Positions 1 to 10,610 of a stretch of DNA of 64,000 nucleotides are shown here, piece after piece (positions within the stretch are counted from its first letter, which is position 1; every line of letters begins with the position of its first letter). The translations under genes were made by a program, and so were the position numbers. Origin of the DNA: Podarcis tiliguerta (taxonomy: Eukaryota); assembly GCA_965153285.1 (NCBI GenBank), contig OZ229121.1. One strand, 5' to 3'. The notes beneath the pieces were generated by a model. The model was given only the letters and a program-made list of their open reading frames with translations. It made no database searches and was not told where the DNA came from.

Positions 1-1399
1 TATACATTTGCTTGTGTAGTATATATCTGATACTAGCATATCCCCTTTGTGACATGCCTATATTGCAAGATTAAGTCCCATATGCATCGCATAGTTGCTC
101 ACGCTGCTTTGCCAGTGAGCAAACTGGCGATTCTGCTTGACTTTCTTATTATTTCTTTTCTTTCTTTTCTTTTCTTTATACTGTTCCACAAATCCCTTGA
201 GATTCCGTGTTAAGTGAAAAAGCCCCAAGACTGTGAGACTGTTTCAGGTTAGTGTTGCCTTTATTGCTGTGTATGGGGAAAACAGAGAATCCCAAGGCCT
301 TTTTCCTTAAGGCAAAAAGTAAAAATAAAAAAAACCCCACCTGTTCATAGAATAATCTCAGTGTTCCACATCAACCAAGAAGATGTGCAACTGGGATGGC
401 TTTCTGTCCTTAATTTATAAATATGCTACTTGATTCTGTTTCTTGGTGTCAAGCATCCTAAAGTTTCTTTCAGTAAACAAGGCACGAGCCCAGAAAAAAA
501 CTTTCAGGTACCAGTCTTTAAATTGCCAGTTTGTGCCCTAGGGCTTTTCTTAGGCAAAGATTTTATTAACCGCAGGTTCTGTTCCGCTCAATTTTGCCTC
601 TGCTACTGGAAAACTGAAGCAACCTAGAAACAAGGACGGCACTTTTGTGCTGGTCCCTGCGTCTTGATAACTCTTCCTGTCACTTTCTCACCAGTCCTTG
701 TCAGCAAAAAGAAAGAGGTGTATAAAACCGAAATGAGAAGCACCAAGAATCTGCCTGATATTAATAAAACACTGGCCAAAAGGAAATCCTCAAAGAAACT
801 GCATTCGCATAGCCAGCGATGGTTCTAGAAATGCATTGCCTGCAGTCCAGGATTAATTTAGGCCCTGAATAGTTGTTACATTTGCATTTACTTAGTTATT
901 TCTTTACTAAATGTGTCTCCTCCTGCTGCTCTAGCAGACCCACATATACATAACGAAGGGGGAAAGTCTTCAGGCACCTCTGAAATGAAGGCTGTGTCCT
1001 TCGCACCAACTTCTTCCAACCTGCCGCCCTCCAAAGGCTTTGGAATACCATACCAGCCCTGGCTGGGGCTGTTGGAGTTGTGATCCAAGACATCGGAAAG
1101 GCACCAGGCTGGCAAAATGCACATTTACCAGGGAGTAAGTTCCACTGAATTCAGGATTTCCTTCTGCGGAGGCATACCTACAATAAGAGGCGTACCTATG
1201 GGTTGGTGAAACTGCTCCTTGCCAGGGGCGTAGGCCGAGTGGCGGGGGGCAAGAGCTGAGAGCTGGGCATTAGGAGAAATGACAGTAGACTGCTGGAGAC
1301 TATGGAGTGTAGTGCATCAAATGCAGAAGAAGTGGGGTTTTTCTGGGGGAGAGTGCCAATACAGCTCCTGGCAATTGCACTGTAAGTTACCTATGCCTG

Positions 1400-1889
1400 T
1401 GTTATGTACTGAGTTGAATAGGATCCAAACTGCAGCAGTCTGATTGGTCCTAGAACAATAGGGTCCAAAAGGCAGCAGTCTGATTGGTCCTAGAACAATA
1501 GGATCCAAAAGGCAGCAGTCTGATTTGTCCTAGAACAATAGGATCCAAAAGGCAGCAGTCTGATTGGTCCTAGAACAATAGGATCCAAAAGGCAGCAGTC
1601 TGATTGGTCCTAGAACAATAGGATTCAGAATGCAGCAGTCTGATTGGTCCTAGAACAATGCAGCAGTATGATTGGTTGGCAGGAACCACCCAATCATGCT
1701 CCAGATAGAAGTGAATCCACAACCTGATTGGCTTACAGTAGAATTCCGGAATTAGCCAATCATGTGCAGCCCATTGTGTAAATAATGTATATAAGGCAGA
1801 TACTTTGAGGGGACTTTCATTCATTCCTCCTCACCACTATGAGCTGAATAAAGAGCATGAAATCACTTTGAGACTCTGAGCATATTTCA
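1400..1889 (+). mobile_element. Solo LTR with amplified U3 tandem repeat
   Basis: TG...CA termini and perfect 5-bp TSD GCCTG (1395-1399/1890-1894). TATATAA at ~1788 and AATAAA at ~1847. Its 5' end TGTTATGTA(C/T)TGA is shared with the LTRs at 62554 and 63264. Confidence 0.9.
1421..1659 (+). repeat. 40-bp tandem repeat, 6 copies, inside the solo LTR
   Basis: Unit GGATCCAAAAGGCAGCAGTCTGATTGGTCCTAGAACAATA repeated head-to-tail with few substitutions. Confidence 0.95.
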
Positions 1890-2689
1890 GCCTGCCACTA
1901 GAGCTTCTGGTTTTGTGTTTAAAGATTTAAAGTAAGGAACAACAAATAGGCTTAGAAGCTTGGTTTTTTATGGTCAAATTAATGCTTTCAGAAATCCCTG
2001 AAATGAAATCATGTGAACACAGGAATCTGCCTAGGCCAATATTGACTACTCTGACTTGCTCTCCAGAATCTCAAGAGGGAGAGGTCATTTACATCACTTC
2101 TTACCTGATCATTTTAATGAAAAATGCCAGGGGTTGAATTTGGAGCTTTCCGAACAAAACCCTCTGGAACTTCTACCTTTAGATTTTTAACGAGGGGAAT
2201 TTCTCTTTCTTCTGGAAATAATTACCGTTCTCGTCAAAAGAAACTGGTACAATAACACTGATAAAGCAACTTTCTTACATGCTTGAAGTGTTCTTTTGGT
2301 TCACTTAGCAGACCTGACAACAACAACCCTCAAATCCCAGGATAGCCAACATGGTGCCTATCCGATGTTTCCAGCTAGAACGCCCACCAGCCCCACAAAG
2401 CATGGCCAATAGGCAGGAATGTCGGCATCTGTAAGGCAAACATCTAGAGGAAACCACAATGTCTGCCACGACTTATGGAAGACCGTATCATTCTATTGGT
2501 AAAAGCATTTCAGCCAATTCTACCTTTGTTGAGGCTGGGACCCCTCAACATTCAAAGGGTGCTCAGCTCCACCCCCTGGCTCCTCACAATGTCACACAAC
2601 ATCATGCACAATACATCAGGATGTCACGTTGGGACCCCTCAAACATCTTGAGAAGATGACAACGCAGGAATGAGCTCTAAGTTTTGGCC

Positions 2690-3262
2690 CAGTTCTTCAA
2701 TCCATTAAGATCATCTTAAATCCGGATTCTACCTTCTGCAGTATTAGCTACCCCTCCCAGTTTGGTGTCATGTACAAATTTGATGAGCCTCCCCTCAATT
2801 CCTTCATCCAAGTCATTTATACAGATGTTGAACAACACTGGGCTCAAGGCAGAACCCTGAGGCTCTCCACTTGTCACTTTTGTGAACACTCTTTAAGTTT
2901 GATCAGTCAAACAGCTACAGAGCCAACTAATGGTAACACCATCTAGCCCACATTTTATCAGCTTCTCTGCAACAATTTCATGGGGAACTTTGTCAAAAGC
3001 CTTAGTGGAATCAAGGTACACTACTACATCCACAGCAACCCCCTGATAAGAGCTTGCAAAAAAGAAGTGGTAAATTAATCTGGCATAATTTACTTTTGAG
3101 AAACCCACGCCTGCTCTTAGTAAGCAGAGCATTCTTTTCTAATTGCTTGCAGAAAGACAGACTAATTATCTGTTCTAGGACCTTTCCTGGTATTGATGTC
3201 AAGATGACTGGCCGGTTCTGGCCTGGGTCTTCTTCCCCCCTCCCATTTTGAAGATGGGGACA
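2690..3262 (-). mobile_element. CR1 LINE fragment (degraded RT region)
   Basis: Minus-strand peptides RPVILTSIPGKVLEQII and VYLDSTKAFDKVPHEI are CR1 RT motifs, split across frameshifts. Confidence 0.85.
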
Positions 3263-4526
3263 TCAGGACCTTGCATGCAGCAACAGGTGCAGCCTCAAGT
3301 CTTTGCTACTAGAGAGTTGGTAGCCTGAACTTTGACAGCAATGATCATTGCTTGGGGGGAGTTGACTGATTCCCCTCCTGCAAAAGATAACTGGTGTTTG
3401 ACAAAGAAACTGCGCCCACAATCTCCGTAGCAAAGCAAGCACATGTTGTGCAAGAATACCCTGTGTGTCTCCCTCTGCTGCTGAATGTGGGCAGAGTGTC
3501 CTTTTCAAACACAGAGCTGACTTGGAAAGGGAAACTGGATGGAGAACCAGGTTTCTCTACACATGAGCTGCTCTTGCTGGATTGAGGCAAGAAAAATTGT
3601 ACGGTATTTAAAGTTTCAACCTAGATTACTCTCTAGGTTAAATTAGCTGCTCATTATACAAGGTATCTGCGTATTCCATCAACACTCATCCTTTACAAAG
3701 ATGTTACACATTTGGTATAATGACTAATAGAAAAAAAATGCTACAAATTGTTGTGGTTATTCAGAGGTATAATTTGAAATCAAGCTGGATTTGAGTTTGT
3801 TAGTATCTCTGGAGACCTTTCTCTTACGTCATGGATGTTGGTTCATATTATGGGTGTATGATGTGTATTGTTTTATTGCGACTGTTGCTGCAGGTTTGCC
3901 TCTGGCTAGAACAATAACGTTACATTGAACTGAATATTGGATATAACAAATGCATATTGATTCACAGCCCTAACACAGAGACGCAATCCAAGCCCACTTT
4001 TGCCACTGCTATCAGTAAGACCTGATTCTTCAACTTAAAGGAAGGCTAGGGTGAAGTTTGCTTTGTACGCTATCAATATAGCACCACAAGGTAAGATTTT
4101 ATGCTGGTGCAAACCCAGAGCAAATGTTTAGGTTTTAAATATTAAAAATTGGACAAAGCTCTCCTTGATAAGGGATAAGGAATATATTGAAATATCAAAA
4201 TCTGCACACACACAAATTCATTTCTAGCTGTTTAGTAAGCAAGTTTACTTCTTTTATTTTTTTAAGAAAACACAGAAAACATTTTAATTCCAGGTGGGGA
4301 AAAGCATTTCAAAATCAACTGGCAAAACATCTTTGAAATCTAACAGAAATGTGCCATTTTAATGCCTCCTAATCACACAAATCGATACCCAAGATTTTTG
4401 TACTTGCACATGACCTTCCTCAAATTATCCCTCTATTTTGGCTGAATCAGAATGAGCGGCGGCTATTTGATAAAAAACACTAAGTGTGTGAAATGAGGGG
4501 CCCTCGTCGCTTCTGCCAGACTCCTC

Positions 4527-4869
4527 NNNNNNNNNNNNNNNNNNNNNNNNNNNNNNNNNNNNNNNNNNNNNNNNNNNNNNNNNNNNNNNNNNNNNNNNNN
4601 NNNNNNNNNNNNNNNNNNNNNNNNNNNNNNNNNNNNNNNNNNNNNNNNNNNNNNNNNNNNNNNNNNNNNNNNNNNNNNNNNNNNNNNNNNNNNNNNNNNN
4701 NNNNNNNNNNNNNNNNNNNNNNNNNNNNNNNNNNNNNNNNNNNNNNNNNNNNNNNNNNNNNNNNNNNNNNNNNNNNNNNNNNNNNNNNNNNNNNNNNNNN
4801 NNNNNNNNNNNNNNNNNNNNNNNNNNNNNNNNNNNNNNNNNNNNNNNNNNNNNNNNNNNNNNNNNNNNN
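4527..4869. other. Assembly gap
   Basis: Run of N. Confidence 1.
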
Positions 4870-5725
4870 AAGCACTGGGAAATTAGCACCATTACAAATG
4901 TTAAGACGACTGAGGTTTGGGTGTGAGTATATATTGTGCCTCATGGTTACGTGATCACTCATTACCAGCATTTCCTGCTGTTTCTGTTGTGTGGGTGCCC
5001 TTTAATGTCTTTCCTCCACCACAGTCAGATACTGCGGATATTTGTTTGTTTTAAAGCAAAGGGGTAATAAAGAACGAATTAAGGGGGGTGGAAATAAAAG
5101 AACAAAAAATATTCCCCTCTTTCAAAAAAGAACACCAAGTACAATACATAGGGAATGCATAAAATCACATGTATTAATCACAACAAATCGATATCTGTAT
5201 CCGTGTGGCACAGCTTTACATGCATTCTAAGCCTCAAACAATCACAAGTGTTTTCCCCCTCCCACGTGCTTGATATCTCCCTCCCCTTAACTTAAAAGTT
5301 TAATGATGAATCGGATCAATATGATTTCTTAGCAACTAAGTCACGGGCATGGCTCGGTGTTTCGCCAAAGTAGTCAGCTACCGCTCTCCAGGTCTCTGTG
5401 ACACGGAGGTTCTATGAGAATTCTCAGATGAATCATAAACGGTTACAAGGTTCAGGTTATTGCATCATTATAAAAACGTATTGATACGCTACAGAAGACA
5501 AGACATTGCTGGGTCTATGATGGTCTACTACAACTGCCACCTGAAAAACTAACTGCGGAATGAGTCAGTATGCGTAAGAAGGAAATACTACACAGACAAA
5601 ACACAAACCAGTTGATTAATACTATACTGAATTCTAACTGTATTTTTACATTCACCTCTTAAAACATTCAAAGCAGAATGCCTGATTTGGTTCCCATTTC
5701 TGTTGAGGAGTACCTTTTAAAGGAA

Positions 5726-6372
5726 GTTGTTGTTGTTTAGTCGTTTAGTCGTGTCCGACTCTTCGTGACCCCATGGACCAGAGCACGCCAGGCACTCCTG
5801 TCTTCCACTGCCTCCCGCAGTTTGGTCAGACTCATGCTGGTAGCTTCGAGAACACTGTCCAACCATCTCGTCCTCTGTCATTCCCTTCTCCTTGTGCCAT
5901 CCATCTTTCCCAACATCAGGGTCTTTTCCAGGGAGTCTTCTTTTCTCATGAGGTGGCCAAAGTATTGGAGCCTCAGCTTCAGGACCTGTCCTTCCAGTGA
6001 GCACTCAGGGCTGATTTCCTTAAGAATGGAGAGGTTTGATCTTCCTGCAGTCCATGGGACTCTCAAGAGTCTCCTCCAGCACCATAATTCAAAAGCATCA
6101 ATTCTTCGGCAATCAGCCTTCTTTATGGTCCAGCTCTCACTTCCATACATCACTACTGGGAAAACCATGGCTTTAACTATACGGACCTTTGTTGGCAAGG
6201 TGATGTCTCTGCTTTTTAAGATGCTGTCTAGGTTTGCCATCGCCTTTCTCCCAAGGAGCAGGTGTCTTTTAATTTTGTGACTGCTGTCACCATCTGCAGT
6301 GATCATGGAGCCCAAGAAAGTAAAATCTCTCACTGCCTCCATTTCTTCCCCTTCTAATTGCCAGGAGGTGGT
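5726..6372 (-). mobile_element. BovB (RTE-clade) LINE 3' end, 5'-truncated
   Basis: Peptide ...DFTFLGSMITADGDSSHKIKRHLLLGRKAMANLDSILKSRDITLPTKVRIVKAMVFPVVMYGSESWTIKKADCRRIDAFELWCWRRLLRVPWTA... is typical BovB. The 3' end is GAGTCGGACACGACTAAACGACTAAAC(AAC)n. Confidence 0.93.
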
Positions 6373-7864
6373 TAGGAACATTCAAATCTCAATGGAATAA
6401 ATGTGGCTACGGTACACCATTAAGCTTTTGTGTCCTGTTGAATTCCATAGGACTTTAAACATTTGTCTGAATTGCATTCAGTGCTCATAATCCTGAAGAT
6501 CTCAGTTATCAAAGTCAGCTTTCCTGCACCCACGGATCATATTTCTCAGAATTCAAGCCATTGAGTAGAGCTTGCACAATTCTTTATGAAGGGATGGAGT
6601 GGGCAAGTAACATAAATACATGATATAATTCTGTAAGTGTTTCACAGAGCACATGTAAGAGCTGAGGGAGAGTATCAAAGCAGAGGACCAGGACATTAAG
6701 AATTAATTGCATTTTAATTTGTGAATGTTATTAACTACTCCAGCAAGTCAATGTTTGCTTAATTCAGCCCTTGACTCTAATATGTATTTTAATTACTTGT
6801 AATATAACAGTAGAGGGACAGTTCAGAGTTTCAGACAGACCAAGGAGATTTGGCTTCAAAGCTGGTTGACCTTTGGCTAGCCATTCTTTCTTTGTCTAAT
6901 TTTATTTATTGATTTAGCAAACTTTATGTGCCACTTCATTCTTTTAGCATATATTAAACCACCTTGAGAACTCTGTAATAGTGAAAATGTGGAAGTATAA
7001 AATGGGTAAATAAATAAATCATAGTATCATACAGATAGTATTGGATTTTTTTTTTCAAGAACAGCAAGTGAATGCTATGAAGAAGTTTTTGATTATATGT
7101 ATGCAGGCACAATGGATAGTATTCAGAGATGCTTCTTTTACTGGAGGAAACCCCTCCCTCAGAGGAAGCCTCCTGGGCTCCTGCCCAGAGTATAGGAGAA
7201 GTTCAAGAGAGGCGTCCAACCCATGCCAAACAGTTACATTAAAGTGGTCTTTCTGGTCAACAATAACAGCAAAATGAAACTGACCCACAGAACTGTGGTT
7301 CCCTGCTGGATAATGTCAGTACATATGTGTATCAATTACACAGCAGAAAAAGAAATAAGAAAAAAAAATATTTTCAATATTTGCCTGTTCTAAATTGCAA
7401 AGAGAATGGTGGCCTCATCCAGGAACATAGCTACTGCAAATCATTAAAATCATATCTGCTCATCCATTCTATCCATACAGTAAACTGTTCTGTGTGGGTG
7501 GGTAACCTGTGGCCCTCTGGCATTTTGTGGCAGCAAAACCTGCAGCACTTTTCATCTCTCTATCCCCCAAAACATCTCCTTTTAAAGTATGTGTGGTTAA
7601 GAGTTGTCAACTTTTTTGGGGGGGACTATTAATAGATGTTAAGCGATCTTTCCCAAATGTTGCCGACAGTTGCTGTCTGTGTTGCTATCAGCATCTGAAA
7701 ACTGAAGAGGAGGCAGAGACTGGAAGCAAGTGGTTTCAATTTTATTTTAAAGGAGGGTCTGGGTTGAGCCCGGAGGAGATGCCGCACAGCAGTACACAAG
7801 GTTCTAAAGCAGGCAAAGCTTCCGCCTTCTCAAGTCTGGAAAGTGGATCCTCTTCCCATCAACT

Positions 7865-8012
7865 GGGATAACTCAGCTGATAGAGCAGAAGACTTTTAAT
7901 CTCAGGGTTGTGGGTTTGAGCTCTATGCTGGGCCAAAGATTCCTGTGTTGCAGGAGTTGAACGAGGTAACCCTCACAGTCCCTTCCAAATCACAATTATT
8001 TGATTGTATGAT
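7865..8012 (+). mobile_element. tRNA-Lys-derived SINE with CR1-type 3' tail
   Basis: Head GGATAACTCAGCTGATAGAGCAGAAGACTTTTAATCTCAGGGTT... resembles tRNA-Lys(UUU) but is degenerate. It is followed by a CR1-like tail GTCCCTTCCAA...TGATTGTATGAT. Confidence 0.75.
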
Positions 8013-8039
8013 ATTTTCTTTAAAATACCTTGTGTTGCA

Positions 8040-8172
8040 CTTGCCAAAATCGGCCCTCCAGATGTTTTTCGCCTACAACTCCCATGATCCTTAGCTAGCA
8101 GGACCAGTGGTCAGGGGTGATGGGAATTCTAGTCTCAAAACATCTGGAGGGCTGAGTTTGAGGAAGCCTGGT
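8040..8172. mobile_element. Short hairpin MITE (CTACAACTCCC/GGGAxTTxTAGT family)
   Basis: Internal inverted arms CCCTCCAGATGTTTT...CTACAACTCCCAT / ATGGGAATTCTAGT...AAAACATCTGGAGGG. Related copies lie at ~2345-2460, 17175-17290 and 26585-26712. Confidence 0.75.
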
Positions 8173-8175
8173 GTA

Positions 8176-8557
8176 GATTTACAACAGGAGTTTGAGGGAG
8201 GTAGAAGCTCAGAGGCAGATGAGGGGGAAATCATGGGAGAGCCAGAACAACACCCAGCTGACATGTCATTAGAAAGCATTCCAGACCCTCCATCTCCCAG
8301 AACCTGGCAAGCCTTGAAAGTAGGAGAGCAAAGAGCTCAAAGACAGGGGGTGTGTAGCAGCACCCGTGGAGGAGATGATGAGGATGATGAATGAAGAAGT
8401 GGGAGATACGGAGGGAGGAGATTCACGGGACAATGCCATTATCCGAGAGACTGGGTTCTATAGCCTCTCTCTGTAAACATTGAAATAAAAAAAGGACGGT
8501 ACAAAACTTTTCTTTGTCATTATACTTTCCTGGGCAACCAGCCGGGAGTTGCTGACA
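8176..8557 (+). mobile_element. 5'-truncated LTR remnant carrying a U3 ORF
   Basis: Ends ...GCTGACA with AATAAA at ~8484. Its translation (8176-8394) aligns with the LTR at 43462-44112. The 5' end is lost at the adjacent MITE. Confidence 0.7.
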
Positions 8558-9267
8558 GCATCCCAACACTTGCACACAATACACCGTGAGGCCCCTTTGC
8601 TGCCACCCCCAAATCTGCTCCAAACTTGAAGAGCCATCCATGAGTGGATGATACCGCAGGATACAATTCCCATTGGTTTTAATGGGACTTAAATGTGTAT
8701 ATTGCACTATATAATGGATTTATTTCATAAGTTTCAAATGAAAATAGATATACAGGACACAGAATATGACCAAATATACCCCTTAAACAGCTTATACATG
8801 AGCAATTCTTACAGTAGTCACTCTGAAACACACACATGCCGCTCATGTGAGAATTTAATGCATCTAGTCCCAGAAAAGATCATGACTTATTCAAATTCTT
8901 GAATAAATATTGCACGCCCATTGCAAATATGAGTATTTACCAAGGGCTTTCAAAATAATAAAACAGGTTGGACAAACTGCAAAATATTTGCTCAACACAG
9001 GCAGCTGCAGAAAAATAAAAGCAGGAGTAAATTAGTTTTTTTGGGGGGAGGGGGGACTCCATCATCCATGTTACAATCTTTGGTGCTAAATTTAAAGAAC
9101 AAGGGACCTTCACAAGAAAAGAAGACAACATTAAGTGGGCACCAAAGGCTCCTTTTTAAAAAAATAAATAAATGATGAAGCAGATGGTTTGTGTTAGTGA
9201 GACAATCTACATTTTGTAGAGCTGCTGGCAAGCCTGGAAGAAAATATCATCTTCCTTATTACTACAT

Positions 9268-9642
9268 TTATATCCCATCATTCCTCCAAGAAGCTCAAGG
9301 TGGCACGTGTGTCTCCCACCCCTTTTTATCCTTGCGCAATCCTGTGAAGCAGGTTAGGCTAAGAGACAGCGACTGTGTCAAGGTCACCCAGTGAGCTTCA
9401 CGACCGAGCAGTGGCATAGCGTGGGGAGTGCAGGGGGGGGCGGCCGCACCGGGCGCAACATCTGGGGGTTAGGGTTAGGGGGCGCAAATCCACGGGTTAG
9501 GGGTGCAAATCCACGGGTTAGGGGGTGCAAATTACTTGCCTTGCCCCAGGTGCTGACAACCCATGCTACGCCACTGCGACCGAGTAGGGATTTGAATCCG
9601 GGCCTCCCAGACTCTAGTCCAACAGTCTAGCCACCAGACCAC
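9268..9642 (-). mobile_element. Old MIR/L2-related SINE interrupted by a hAT MITE
   Basis: Motifs CTCAAGGTGG, TTTATCCT...CCTGTGA, GGTTAGGCT, CAAGGTCACCCAG, GGATTTGAA. Similar copies at ~24945-25075, 35350-35555 and 59355-59505. Confidence 0.7.
9409..9576. mobile_element. hAT-type MITE containing TTAGGG repeats
   Basis: TIRs CAGTGGCATAGCGTGG / CCATGCTACGCCACTG. Perfect 8-bp TSD CGACCGAG (9401-9408/9577-9584). Confidence 0.9.
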
Positions 9643-10249
9643 CTTTGTTCTCAGGGGGAAAATGTTTGCCCATGCAATTCCATTGGCTTCAGATTTCATT
9701 GTACATTGATACCCTGCAGTGGTATCATGCACTGAAAAAGCTATGCGTGTATACAGTTCTTTTACAAATATAGGGCAACATTGCAACAGGCATGTACCGG
9801 CCACTTACTTTTTAAAATGTGGCTGCTTATAAGAGAGGAATGTTTTGTCGGATGGGTAGCTTCCCCTTAGAAGAAAGCTATTTGCTATTGCTGGACCAAG
9901 CACATATATATATACGGAGCGGATACACACTTATGACAAATCCTATTATCACGATCTTCATGTTTTAGAATGGCAAAATAACAGGCGTAGTAGAAATGAC
10001 ATCAGTTTTCTGTGATGCTATTTACCCTCCTGTAAAAACACAGGGTTCAAACAAGTAGAAAAGAGCCAGACAAAAGTGTATCTCCACTGATCGCAGGATA
10101 AGATCGCTGGCAGATAGGAAAATGAGCTATAAGTTGGGAAGACTGTGGTTCAAATCTTACCGCAGATAGGAGCTCACTGAACAAGATCATCTCAGCTTCG
10201 CACTACCCTCTCCCCCCACCGCCTCCTGCCATATAGTGATCCTCCTTTT

Positions 10250-10610
10250 TTAGTTTAGTGCGTTTGATTTATATGTTGCTTCGGACAACTGAAAGCGGTT
10301 TACAAAGAACAGAAAATACAAACTATCTAAAATTAAAAATAGATTAAAACAAAACAGATATACTAAGAGTGTTTGTCTAAAAGTACTCGACCCCACACTG
10401 GAATAAACACACACAGCCAGCCACTAAAAGCCAAACTATTAGTGTTGCCCAAATGCCCAGGAAGAAAAGAATAACGTCTTTTGCAAGTGCCAGAAAGAAG
10501 CCATTTTCTGAAAGTGACCCTCCCTCTCCCAAAAGGTGCTTCCCAGTGACCATCAGGAGAGGGTCTTGGGTACCATAAGAGAACATGGGTCAGAGAGGTC
10601 ATTGTGGGTG
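10250..10610 (-). mobile_element. Degraded L2-like LINE 3' fragment
   Basis: AT-rich tail with GCGGTTTACAA terminus followed by a degenerate L2-type 3' ORF region. Confidence 0.5.

Noticed and set aside
1421-1659. CRISPR-like repeat array
   Set aside because: Units are head-to-tail with no unique spacers, they lie inside a TSD-flanked LTR, and the DNA is vertebrate.
3649-3657. POU6-type site GCTCATTAT suggesting autoregulation (CTCATTA also near 31907, 58059 and 60891)
   Set aside because: A few such 7-mers are expected by chance in 64 kb of AT-rich DNA, and they are not clustered.
4425-4971. Long ORFs spanning N runs (also 23098-24090 and 49542-49934)
   Set aside because: They are artefacts of unresolved bases.
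5270-5470. Possible old L1/Tx1 3' fragment (also 45800-46000)
   Set aside because: Only a vague peptide resemblance, with no diagnostic motif, tail or TSD to support a call.
7865-7935. tRNA-Lys gene
   Set aside because: The stems and B box are degenerate and the sequence continues into a CR1-type tail, so it is a SINE head.
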